32,000 bases of DNA from Gemmatimonadota bacterium. Lineage in GTDB: Bacteria; Gemmatimonadota; Gemmatimonadetes; Longimicrobiales; Gaopeijiaceae. Position 1 is the stretch's first letter. Each line of letters starts with the position of its first letter. Below the pieces are notes generated by a model. The model was not told the DNA's origin. It ran no database searches and saw nothing but the letters and a program-made list of their open reading frames with translations. The stretch is from the NCBI GenBank assembly GCA_022823225.1, contig JAJDXM010000083.1:16064-48063 (forward strand), in the 5' to 3' direction. The position numbers and the translations under genes are program-made. Below are positions 15,810 through 24,237 of the stretch, piece after piece.

Positions 15810-16654
15810 ACGAGCCCGCCGCCGCGGTCGGCCGGACCCGCGTCCGAAGGGACATCCTCGCGCCGTGGCCCAGCCAGGCCATGCTCGGCCTCCTCGACCG
15901 GGATCCCGATGGCATTGGCGAGGGCGACCCTCTCCCTCTGGGGTGGCACTGGCTCTACTTCAACGAACCCCTGCGGGCTTCGCGCCTTGGGGCGGACGGG
16001 CATGAGGAACGGGGCGCGTTCATGCCGGCGGTGGACCTGCCACGACGGATGTGGGCCGGTGGACAACTTCGTTCGCTCGGCCCCATCCGGCTCGGTTCTC
16101 CGGCCGAACTGCGGTCGGGGATCCACAGCGTGAACGAGAAGCGCGGAAGGAGCGGCCGACTCGTCTTCGTCACCCTGGAGCACATGGTGTTTCAGGATGG
16201 CCACCAGTGCCTGCACGAGAAGCAGGTGATCGTCTACACCGGCTCGCAGCCCTCCGCCCCCCCGCAACCCCCCGCCCCCCGGGGCCATGCCCCGGCCCCC
16301 GAGTCGGCGCGGACCTTCCTCCCGACCGTCACCACGCTCTTCCAGTTCTCGGCGCTCACCTACAACCCCCACCGCATCCACTACGACCACCCCTACGTCA
16401 CCGCACAGGAAGGCTATCCCGGCCTCCTGGTGCACGGCCCGCTCACCGCGCTCCTTCTCCTCGACGCCGCCGCCAGACACGCCCCCGCACCCCCCGCCCA
16501 CTTCCGCTACCGCGCGCTCGCGCCCCTGTATGCAGACGAGCCGATCACCCTCGCGGGCCGCGCCGAGCCGTCGCCCGCCGGGCGCATCGTCGAGGCGCGC
16601 GGACCCGCCGGAAACGTTGCCATGCGCGGCTGGGTTGCCTGGCGGTCCCGGTGA
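15806..16654 (+). CDS. Double hot-dog (MaoC/HTD2-like, COG3777-type) enoyl-CoA hydratase, resembling mesaconyl-C4-CoA/itaconyl-CoA hydratases
   Basis: ATGA start/stop overlap with the CitE-like gene (15806-15809). The N-terminal half has PLGWHWLYF...RRMWAGG. The C-terminal half has LFQFSALTYNPHRIHYDHPYVTAQEGYPGLLVHGPL, the MaoC hydratase motif region. A Pro-rich linker separates the two halves. Confidence 0.8.
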   Translation: MNEPAAAVGRTRVRRDILAPWPSQAMLGLLDRDPDGIGEGDPLPLGWHWLYFNEPLRASRLGADGHEERGAFMPAVDLPRRMWAGGQLRSLGPIRLGSPAELRSGIHSVNEKRGRSGRLVFVTLEHMVFQDGHQCLHEKQVIVYTGSQPSAPPQPPAPRGHAPAPESARTFLPTVTTLFQFSALTYNPHRIHYDHPYVTAQEGYPGLLVHGPLTALLLLDAAARHAPAPPAHFRYRALAPLYADEPITLAGRAEPSPAGRIVEARGPAGNVAMRGWVAWRSR

Positions 16655-16722
16655 ACAGGTCCCCGTGCACTCGGGTGGCGATGCCACCGCGCCGAATCGC
16701 GGCCGTGAGCCCTTCTTGCGCC

Positions 16723-16760
16723 TTGCCAGCACGGCATGTTCGGTATATCTATTGTAGATA
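16723..16760 (+). promoter_or_regulatory. Candidate mazEF promoter with an overlapping inverted-repeat operator
   Basis: TTGCCA (16723-16728), a 17-bp spacer, then TATCTA (16746-16751). The perfect IR TATCTA-ttg-TAGATA (16746-16760) overlaps the -10-like element. It is a locally AT-rich island 20 bp upstream of the mazE GTG. Read from sequence only; promoter rules for this lineage are unknown. Confidence 0.35.
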
Positions 16761-16779
16761 CTGACACGAAAGGGCCGCA

Positions 16780-17019
16780 GTGGGAGTTCAATCACACGTT
16801 GCGAGGTGGGGCAACAGCCTGGCCGTCCGCATTCCAAAGGTGGTTGCGGAGCAGTGGGGAGTTCGCGAAGGATCCTGCGTCGAACTGGATCCGCGCGATG
16901 ACCGACTCGTCATGCGCAGGAAGACCCCTGACCTGTCGGACATGGTGGCGCGCATGACGCCGGAATCACTCCACACGGAGGTCGAGACCGGACCCGCGCA
17001 GGGAAGAGAGGAGTGGTAG
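16780..17019 (+). CDS. mazE: MazE/PemI-type antitoxin (AbrB/SpoVT swapped-hairpin domain)
   Basis: The N-terminus ...VARWGNSLAVRIPKVVAEQWGVREGSCVEL is the canonical AbrB/MazE DNA-binding fold signature. 79 aa, directly upstream of mazF. Confidence 0.85.
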   Translation: MGVQSHVARWGNSLAVRIPKVVAEQWGVREGSCVELDPRDDRLVMRRKTPDLSDMVARMTPESLHTEVETGPAQGREEW

Positions 17020-17028
17020 GGGGAGGTA

Positions 17029-17376
17029 GTGGCTGGGGAAGAGTATGTGCCGGGCTCGGGCGAAATCGTGTGGCTGGCCTTCACGCCTCAAGCCGGGCAT
17101 GAACAGTCGGGGCGCCGGCCGGCGCTGGTTCTGAGTCCACGGATCTACAACGGGGTGAGCAGTCTGGCCCTGTTCTGCCCAATCACCTCCAGGCGAAAGG
17201 GCTATCCCTTCGAGGTTGGACTGCCGGCCACGGGCGAGGTCACGGGTGTCGTCCTGGCCGACCAGGTCAAGAGTCTGGACTGGCGTGCCCGCCGGGCGCG
17301 CTTTGCGTGCCGCGCCCCGCCAGCAGTATTGGGCGAAGTCCTGGACAAGCTGTCTGTTCTCCTGGAGAAGTCCTGA
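17029..17376 (+). CDS. mazF: MazF/PemK-family endoribonuclease toxin
   Basis: YVPGSGEIVWLAFTPQAGHEQSGRRPALVLSP..YN......LFCPITSRRKGYPFEV....GVVLADQVKSLDWRAR matches MazF/PemK motifs. The GTG start is preceded by gggggagg, 9 nt after the mazE stop. Confidence 0.9.
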   Translation: MAGEEYVPGSGEIVWLAFTPQAGHEQSGRRPALVLSPRIYNGVSSLALFCPITSRRKGYPFEVGLPATGEVTGVVLADQVKSLDWRARRARFACRAPPAVLGEVLDKLSVLLEKS

Positions 17377-17422
17377 GGGACAGCTCAGGAAATACGGGCG
17401 CCTGGGGGGTTGACCCTTCCCC

Positions 17423-20400
17423 CTACCCTCCCGGCACGGCGACCACCTCAAGCGCTTCGGGGCGCAGTCCTTCCGGATAGACCCGCGCCAGCAGCTCCGG
17501 CACGCGGCCGGTGACCATCTCGTTGACGCGCTCGATCACGCCCGGCAGCCTCTCCCACGACTGCTCGATTCGCCAGATCTGGTCGGCCGTCGCAGGCGAG
17601 GTGGAGCGCTCGATCTGCCCGTACGCGTTGCTGCCGCCGCCTGCGTCGCCCAGGTCGCCCTGCAGCTCCTGGAGCGCTTCGCGCACTGCCTCGATCTCTT
17701 CGGTGAGATCCTCCGGCGCCTCCTCGGCGTCGTTCACCCGCTGCTGCGCGCGCGTCACCTGCTGCATCATCTGGCCGATGCGCTGCGCGGCCTGGTTGCG
17801 AGGGCCGGAGAGCCGGTAGGATTTCAGCATGACCTCGTGGCGGGCCATCAGATCGGCCCGCGAGATCGACACGCGGGGGTCGAGGCGCACCTCCACGGGC
17901 TGCTCCATCGTCTCGCCGCTCACGGTGAGCGCCACCGTGTAGGTGCCCGGCAGCACGCGCGGGCCCGGGCCCATCGGCTCGCCGTCCGGGCCGTCCATCA
18001 CCAGCCGCAGGTCCCAGATCACCTGGTTGAGGCCCTCGTCGGTGCCGGCGTTGAGTTCCCGCACGACCATGTCTCCGTCCCGGATCTCGAGCGTAACGCT
18101 GTCGGCGTCGGCACCGAGGTGGTAGCGGATCCAGGCCCCGCCGGGCGGGTTGGGCGCCGCGTAGATCCCCGGCGTCCAGCCCTGGGGGGTGTACATGTTG
18201 TACGAGGTGGCGCGCCGCACCGGGTAGAGGTGGGCGGCGGACGCCATCACCGCGGCGCTCAGTTCCTGCAGCGGCGCGATGTCGTCCATGATCCAGATTC
18301 CGAGCCCGTGCGTCCCGATCACAAGGTCGTTTTCGCGCGGGTGAATGACGATGTCGTCGACCGGCACGGTGGGCATCCCGTTCCTCAGCGGGTGCCAGTT
18401 CGCGCCCCCGTCGATCGACACGTGCACGCCCACCTCGCTCCCCGCAAAGAGCAGGTTGTGCGCGGTGGGATGCTGCGCCAGCGCGTTCATCGACGTCATG
18501 GGCAGCCCGTTCGTGACCTGCTCCCAGCTCTCGCCGAAGTCGCGGCTGACGAAGATGTAGGGGTTGAAGTCGTCGCTCCGGTGGCCGTCGAAGACCGCGT
18601 ACGCCTCCCCCGGCGCGGCGCGCGACGCCACGATGCGCGTCACATACGTGTGGGGCGGCAGCCCGCGCACATTCCCCGTCACGTCCATCCAGTTCTTGCC
18701 CCCGTCGCGGGTCACGTGCACCCGCCCGTCGTCGCTGCCGGTGTACAGCACCGCCGGGTCATGCGGCGACTCCGCGAGCGCGGTCAGGTTGCCGTAGTTG
18801 GACTGCCCGTCGTTGCGGGACATCTGCGGTTCGCTCCCCGGCACGCCCATCAGCTCCAGGGTGTCGCGGTCGATCGCGTACGTCAGGTCGCCGCTGATCT
18901 CCTCCCAGCGCTGCCCCAGGTCCGGGGAACGGAAGAGGATGTTCGCGCCGACGTACACGACCCGGTCGTCGTGCGAAGAAAGCAGGATCGGCGTGTCCCA
19001 GTTCCAGCGCAGCGAACGGTCGTCGTCCTCCTCGGTCGGGCGGGCGATGGGGCGGATCGACTTGCGCTCGTTGGCCGCGAGGTTCACCCGCGCGATGTTG
19101 CCGCCCTGCGACTCGGCGAACATGATGTCGGGGTTGGTGGGGTGCATGACGGTAAAGAAGCCGTCGCCGCCGCCCACGTTGTACCAGTCGCGCGTGCGGA
19201 CCCCCTGGTTGGACAGCGTCTGCGAGGGCGCGCACCAGGAGCCGTTGTCCTGCAGCCCGCCGCAGACGTGGTAGGGATCGCGCATGTCCACCCCGATCTC
19301 GTAGAACTGCGCGAGCGGGAGGTTGCGCAGCTGGTACCAGTTGTCCGAGCGGTCCCAGCTCACCGATACGCCGCCGTCGCCGGCCAGGATCAGGTGCTCC
19401 GAGTTGGCCGGATTGATCCAGAGCGCGTGGTGGTCGAGATGCACGGTTGTGGCCGCGTCCGGGGTGAAGTTTCGGCCCCCGTCGGACGACCGGTAGAGGG
19501 AGGCGCCGCCCAGGTAGATCCGCTCGGGGTCGTTGGGGTCGACGCGGATCTGGCTGTAGTACATGGGGCGGTTGTTGGTGGTCGACAGCTGGTCCCAGGT
19601 CTCGCCGCGGTCGGTGGAGCGGTAGACGCCGGTCTGCCTGTCGTCGTTGCCGCCGCCGAAGCCCCCGAACCCCTGGCCCGGCCCGCGCGCGTCCGCCTCG
19701 ACAAGCGCGAAGATCATGTCGGTGTCGCCGCGGTAGATGTCGAGACCGATCCGGCCCATGTCCCCATCCGGCAGCCCGCCTCCCAGCTCCGTCCAGGTGT
19801 CTCCCCCGTCGGTGGTCCGGTAGATGCCGCTGCCCGGACCGCCGCCGTTGAAGCCCCAGGCGCGCCGCTGCCGCTGGTACATGGCCGCGAAGAGGGTCTT
19901 CGGATCGCCCGGGTCCATCGCCAGGTCGATGGCGCCCGTGTGCTCGTCGACGAAGAGGACCAGTTCCCAGGTCTTGCCCCCGTCGGTCGTGCGATAGACG
20001 CCCCGCTCGGGGTTCGCGCCCCAGAGGTGGCCGACCGCGGCGACATAGGCGACGTCGGGGTCGGTCGGATGCACCCGGATGCGGCCGATGTGGTGGGTGT
20101 TCTCCAGTCCGACATGCGTCCAGTTGCGCCCGGCGTCGGTGGAGCGGTAGATGCCGTTGCCCCACGGTGAGCTCTGACGGTTGTTGGGCTCGCCGGTCCC
20201 GACCCAGACCACGTTGGGATTCGAGGGCGCCACGGTCACGGCTCCGACCGAAGCGGTGGCCTCGTCCCTGAACACGTGCTCGAAGGTGATGCCGGCGTTC
20301 TCGGTCTTCCACAGCCCGCCGGTCGCAACGCCCACATAGAAGGTGCTCGGGTCCGACTCCACGACGGCCAGTTCCGCCACCCGTCCCCCCATGATGGTGG

Positions 20401-20560
20401 GGCCGATGGTGCGGAAGCGAAGGGCGGAGGTGGCGCGCGCGAACGCGTCGTCGGCGTTCTGGGTCGTGCCCGTGGCCGGGGCCAGGAGCCCGGAGCCGAT
20501 CAGAGCGGTGGCGATGAGTCCGACGATGACGGATGGGTGGCGGTTTTCGGTGCGGTTCAC
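17423..20560 (-). CDS. Exported VPS10/sortilin-like BNR (Asp-box) repeat beta-propeller protein
   Basis: 1045 aa with a signal peptide. Repeated Asp-box-like motifs: S.D.G.TW variants YRSTDAGRNW, YRTTDGGKTW, YRTTDGGDTW, YRSTDRGETW, YRSSDGGRNF, VTRDGGKNW, VSIDGGANW. The N-terminal RFRTIGPTIMGGRVAELAV is typical of this family. Confidence 0.85.
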   Translation of the reverse strand: MNRTENRHPSVIVGLIATALIGSGLLAPATGTTQNADDAFARATSALRFRTIGPTIMGGRVAELAVVESDPSTFYVGVATGGLWKTENAGITFEHVFRDEATASVGAVTVAPSNPNVVWVGTGEPNNRQSSPWGNGIYRSTDAGRNWTHVGLENTHHIGRIRVHPTDPDVAYVAAVGHLWGANPERGVYRTTDGGKTWELVLFVDEHTGAIDLAMDPGDPKTLFAAMYQRQRRAWGFNGGGPGSGIYRTTDGGDTWTELGGGLPDGDMGRIGLDIYRGDTDMIFALVEADARGPGQGFGGFGGGNDDRQTGVYRSTDRGETWDQLSTTNNRPMYYSQIRVDPNDPERIYLGGASLYRSSDGGRNFTPDAATTVHLDHHALWINPANSEHLILAGDGGVSVSWDRSDNWYQLRNLPLAQFYEIGVDMRDPYHVCGGLQDNGSWCAPSQTLSNQGVRTRDWYNVGGGDGFFTVMHPTNPDIMFAESQGGNIARVNLAANERKSIRPIARPTEEDDDRSLRWNWDTPILLSSHDDRVVYVGANILFRSPDLGQRWEEISGDLTYAIDRDTLELMGVPGSEPQMSRNDGQSNYGNLTALAESPHDPAVLYTGSDDGRVHVTRDGGKNWMDVTGNVRGLPPHTYVTRIVASRAAPGEAYAVFDGHRSDDFNPYIFVSRDFGESWEQVTNGLPMTSMNALAQHPTAHNLLFAGSEVGVHVSIDGGANWHPLRNGMPTVPVDDIVIHPRENDLVIGTHGLGIWIMDDIAPLQELSAAVMASAAHLYPVRRATSYNMYTPQGWTPGIYAAPNPPGGAWIRYHLGADADSVTLEIRDGDMVVRELNAGTDEGLNQVIWDLRLVMDGPDGEPMGPGPRVLPGTYTVALTVSGETMEQPVEVRLDPRVSISRADLMARHEVMLKSYRLSGPRNQAAQRIGQMMQQVTRAQQRVNDAEEAPEDLTEEIEAVREALQELQGDLGDAGGGSNAYGQIERSTSPATADQIWRIEQSWERLPGVIERVNEMVTGRVPELLARVYPEGLRPEALEVVAVPGG

Positions 20561-20696
20561 GTTCTTCTCCCGGCGGAGGTCAACTTGCTCGGGCGGCAGC
20601 CGAAGGGCATCCTGTAGGTGGACTCATCGGCGCCGCGCCGGGATACAATAGGCGCAAACCGATCTGTTGCCCATACCGAACCGCAAGGAGGATGCA

Positions 20697-21848
20697 ATGG
20701 CTACACGGCGAGACTTCATCGAGCGAGCGGGGGCCCTGGCGGGTGCGGCGGCATTGGGCATGGCGGTCCCGGCGGGTGCGGCAGGCGCGAAGAGCGCCCC
20801 GCGCGCGGCGGGTGGTGCGGTGGCCCGGCCGGGCGGCCGACAGGCCATGCGGATCCTCATCCTGGGCGGTACGCAGTTCATCGGTCCCTTTGTCGTGCGC
20901 CGCGCGATGGCACGGGGCCACGAGATCACGCTCTTCAACCGCGGCCGCACGAACATCCACCTCTTCCCCGACATCGAAAAGCTCGTCGGCGACCGTAACG
21001 ACGACCTCAGCGCGCTGGAGGGCCGCCGCTGGGACGCCGTGATCGACAACTCGGGCTACACGGCGGATCAGCTGCGCCTGTCCGTGAACCTGCTGAGGGA
21101 CATGACCGACCAGTACCTCTTCACCTCCACGCGGGCGGTCTACCACGACTTCTCCGAGCCCGTCATGAACGAGGACGCCCCACTCGGCCCCCGTGACATC
21201 CCCGAGCGCGACTGGGTCGGCTACGGCCCCAACAAGGTGCTGGCGGAGCGGGTGGTGCGGGAGGCCTTCGGTGACCGCGCGCTGATCGTGCGTCCCCCGG
21301 TGGTCGTGGGACCGGGCGACCCGAGCGACCGCTTCACCTACTGGGTGGACCGCATCGACGACGGTGGCGAGGTGATGGTCTGGGGCGACCCGGCGGACCC
21401 GGTCCAGTTCGTGGATGTGCGGGACCTGGCGGAGTTCTTCGTCAACCTGATCGAACACGAGACCCGGGGAGTCTTCAACACCAACGGGCCGGCCGCGCCG
21501 CTTTCCACGGCCGAGCTGGTCTACGGCATTCGCGCCGTTACGTCGAATCCGGTGTCGTTTACCTGGGTGGACTGGGACTTCCTGGCGGAACGCGGGCTGA
21601 TGCCGCAGAACCCGCTTCCGTTCTGGCAGCCTCCGCGGGGCCGCTACCTCAACTACGGACGGATGGACAGCAGCCGCGCCATCGAGGCGGGCCTCCGCTT
21701 CCGCCCCTTGGCCGTGACCGCGAAGGACACGCTGGACTGGCACCGCAGCCGAGAGCAAATGGGCAACTACCAGATGCGTATTCTCGACCGCGCCAGGGAG
21801 GAAAGGGTGCTCGCCGAGTGGAGGGCGGCGATGGGGGATTTGCTGTAG
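20697..21848 (+). CDS. NAD(P)-binding epimerase/dehydratase-like (SDR-superfamily) protein with a twin-arginine (Tat) signal
   Basis: ATG 20697 is preceded by aaggagga. MATRRDFIERAGALAGAAALG is Tat-like (RRxFI). Rossmann motif ILILGGTQFIGPFVV...LFNRG. Confidence 0.8.
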   Translation: MATRRDFIERAGALAGAAALGMAVPAGAAGAKSAPRAAGGAVARPGGRQAMRILILGGTQFIGPFVVRRAMARGHEITLFNRGRTNIHLFPDIEKLVGDRNDDLSALEGRRWDAVIDNSGYTADQLRLSVNLLRDMTDQYLFTSTRAVYHDFSEPVMNEDAPLGPRDIPERDWVGYGPNKVLAERVVREAFGDRALIVRPPVVVGPGDPSDRFTYWVDRIDDGGEVMVWGDPADPVQFVDVRDLAEFFVNLIEHETRGVFNTNGPAAPLSTAELVYGIRAVTSNPVSFTWVDWDFLAERGLMPQNPLPFWQPPRGRYLNYGRMDSSRAIEAGLRFRPLAVTAKDTLDWHRSREQMGNYQMRILDRAREERVLAEWRAAMGDLL

Positions 21849-21979
21849 TCCCACGCCCCGGAGCAACCCTTTCGGGGCTGGCCCTGTCTCCCAAACCGAG
21901 GGACGATTTCGCCGGGCATCCCGTCGCCGCTGTGATCGCCCGGGCCGACAGCGCCCCGCCAGTCACCAAAGGAGCCCCG

Positions 21980-23242
21980 ATGCCCCGTGATTCTCCGCCC
22001 ACCCCCCGGACCGCCCCCATTCCCGCGAAGGCCCCGGCAGTCGCACTCACCATGCTCCTCGCCGCCATGCTCACCGCCTGCGCCCCGGACACCTCGACGC
22101 CCCTCGGCGACTTCGCCACCACGTTCGACACCATCGGCGGCACCGTCCACGTCACCAACACCGGCACCCCGCCCCCGGCGCGTCTCGAACTTGTCGCGTC
22201 GATCGGGCCCAAAACCCTGACCGACACTGGCTCGCCGGACGAGTTCGGTGGCGTGAACAGCGTGGCTCTCGGGCCGGACGGGGAAGTCTTCGTGGCCGAC
22301 GCACGCAACTTCGAGGTCAGGGTCTTCGGTCCGGATGGTGCTCACCGTCGCACTTTCGGCCGACAGGGCGAGGGGCCGGGCGAGTTCCGCAGCCTCTATT
22401 CGCTGGCGTGGGCGGGGGATCGCCTCCTGACCTACGATCCCGTCCAGGGCCGCATCGGCGAGTGGTCGGCCGAGGGTCAGTGGCTCGGGCAGCAGGGCAC
22501 CGAGAGCGGCTATACCGGTCCGGTCAGCAGCGTACGCCTGTACCCTGTCGGGCCCGACGAGGTGTTGCGGCCCGGGCTCGGCGCCATGTTCGAGTCGGAA
22601 TTCGGCCGCGCCTTCAAGTCGGTCCTGATCGGACTGAACAGCCGTGGCGAGACGGGCGACACGCTGGCGCGGCTGGACGGCCCCGGTGGCGGTCCACCGT
22701 CCGGCATCGTTTGCCAGTCCGAGGAGATGATCAGTTTCTTCACGATTCCCTTCGCCCCGCAGTTCGTTCAGCACCCGGGGCCGGGCGGCATCACGTACTC
22801 CGCGCTCACAAGCTCCTACCGCATCGCCGTCACCCGTCACGATGGCGCCGACACCCTGCGCGTGATCGAACGTTCATTGCCGGCCGAATCGATCGGGGAC
22901 GACGAGTGGCAGGCCGGCAACCAGGAATACGAGGATTGGCGCGCCGAGCAGCGCGGCGCTTCCTGCGAGCCCTCAGGACCCGCACGGCCCGCCACCAAGC
23001 CGTTCATCGAGGATCTTTTCGTCGCTCCGGACGGCCGGCTCTGGGTCGAAGTGATGCGCACGGCCGGCAACCGCTGGGAGGTCTTCGACACTGAAGGCAG
23101 GCTGCTCGTCAGCTTCTCCGCACCGGCGCGCGGCGAGAGGGTGGTGCCGGCCTTCGACCCATCCGGCCACCTGCTGACGATCCGCCAGGACAGCCTCGAC
23201 CTGGACCACGTGGATGTGTGGCGGCTGGAACGGGAGGACTGA
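21980..23242 (+). CDS. Lipoprotein, 6-bladed beta-propeller (NHL-repeat-like)
   Basis: ATG 21980 is preceded by aaaggag. Lipobox LLAAMLTAC. Motifs VALGPDGEVFVADARNFEVRVFGPDG...FGRQGEGPGEF are typical of NHL/6-bladed propeller lipoproteins. Confidence 0.75.
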   Translation: MPRDSPPTPRTAPIPAKAPAVALTMLLAAMLTACAPDTSTPLGDFATTFDTIGGTVHVTNTGTPPPARLELVASIGPKTLTDTGSPDEFGGVNSVALGPDGEVFVADARNFEVRVFGPDGAHRRTFGRQGEGPGEFRSLYSLAWAGDRLLTYDPVQGRIGEWSAEGQWLGQQGTESGYTGPVSSVRLYPVGPDEVLRPGLGAMFESEFGRAFKSVLIGLNSRGETGDTLARLDGPGGGPPSGIVCQSEEMISFFTIPFAPQFVQHPGPGGITYSALTSSYRIAVTRHDGADTLRVIERSLPAESIGDDEWQAGNQEYEDWRAEQRGASCEPSGPARPATKPFIEDLFVAPDGRLWVEVMRTAGNRWEVFDTEGRLLVSFSAPARGERVVPAFDPSGHLLTIRQDSLDLDHVDVWRLERED

Positions 23243-23302
23243 CGCACGGAGACTCGGCGCGGTGTCGGCCCGGGGGTCGCGGCCGGTTCGACGCCCGGTC
23301 CC

Positions 23303-24022
23303 CTACTCCACGGCCCCCTCGAAATCCCCCGTCCTGAGGAACCGGATGACGGCGGTGGCCGTGTGCCGGCTGTTCATGATCAGGAAGTGCGTGCGGGGCA
23401 GGACCAGCATGGGAACGCCTTCGACGCGTGCCTGCTCGACGCTCACGATCCCGTCGTCGGGGCCGGGAATCGCCAGGGGGCCGATCGGCTGCACGCTGCG
23501 GCTGCCGGCGATGATCCCCATCTCGTAGTCGGGTGGGGGCAGCGTCGCCGGGAGGTCGGTGCTGTCGGTTCCCAGCGAGCTGCCGACGGGACCGAGCGCG
23601 TCGACCGCCGCGGGCACATCGCCCAGCCACTCGACGAAGTGGCTGCCGCCGCTGGGAGGGGCGAGCAGAACGACGCGTCCGAGCCGGGGCGGCGAGACTT
23701 CGGCGAGGTATCGGCGTATGACGAGGCCCCCGAGCGAGTGGCCCACGAAATGGACCCTGGGGGAATCGTCGCAACATGCGTCCACCGCCGCTGCCAGCGT
23801 CGCCACCTGCTCAGGGAAGGGAGCGGTGAGCGACTCGTAGCCGACATTCTCGATTCGGTAGCCCGCCCACTTCAACCGCTGCGCAAGGAGCGCCATCGAG
23901 GCGGGAGAACGCCCCAGTCCGTGCACCAGTACGACGGACTCGCCCTCGCCCGGGACGGGAGTGGTTTCGCACGCCGCGGGAGCGAGCGCGAGCACCGCCA
24001 GGAAAAGCCGCTTCATCCTCAT
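23303..24022 (-). CDS. Exported alpha/beta-fold hydrolase (lipase/esterase-like)
   Basis: Signal peptide MRMKRLFLAVLALAPAAC. Oxyanion region VVLVHGLGRS and nucleophile elbow GHSLGG. 239 aa. Confidence 0.8.
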   Translation of the reverse strand: MRMKRLFLAVLALAPAACETTPVPGEGESVVLVHGLGRSPASMALLAQRLKWAGYRIENVGYESLTAPFPEQVATLAAAVDACCDDSPRVHFVGHSLGGLVIRRYLAEVSPPRLGRVVLLAPPSGGSHFVEWLGDVPAAVDALGPVGSSLGTDSTDLPATLPPPDYEMGIIAGSRSVQPIGPLAIPGPDDGIVSVEQARVEGVPMLVLPRTHFLIMNSRHTATAVIRFLRTGDFEGAVE

Positions 24023-24237
24023 GGTTCCAGATAACCTTGCTCTTCAGGCGCGCGCGGGAAAGAATGGGAGATCGGCACCATCGCCGCGGACAGCCCCGCG
24101 GCCCCCTCCGTACATGAGGACCAGACAGCATGATCAGGCAAACGAATGACACGTCTCCGCACCCCCGCCGGCCCACCCCGGTCGCGCGTCCCCTCCTGGC
24201 AGCCCGTGGACAGGACTCCCGCGGCATTCGAGCGGCG

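Noticed and set aside
17837-20312. A 777-aa plus-strand ORF and a 517-aa alternative-frame minus-strand ORF overlapping the VPS10/BNR gene.
   Set aside because: The 1045-aa minus-strand frame contains the repeated Asp-box motifs and a signal peptide. The others are shadow frames with R/G/P/H-rich sequence.
23262-23300. A tRNA-like T-loop sequence (ccGGTTCGAcgcc) in the gap between the propeller and hydrolase genes.
   Set aside because: The gap is only 60 bp, too short for a tRNA. I could not build acceptor, D and anticodon stems. The T-stem pairing is imperfect with an 8-nt loop.
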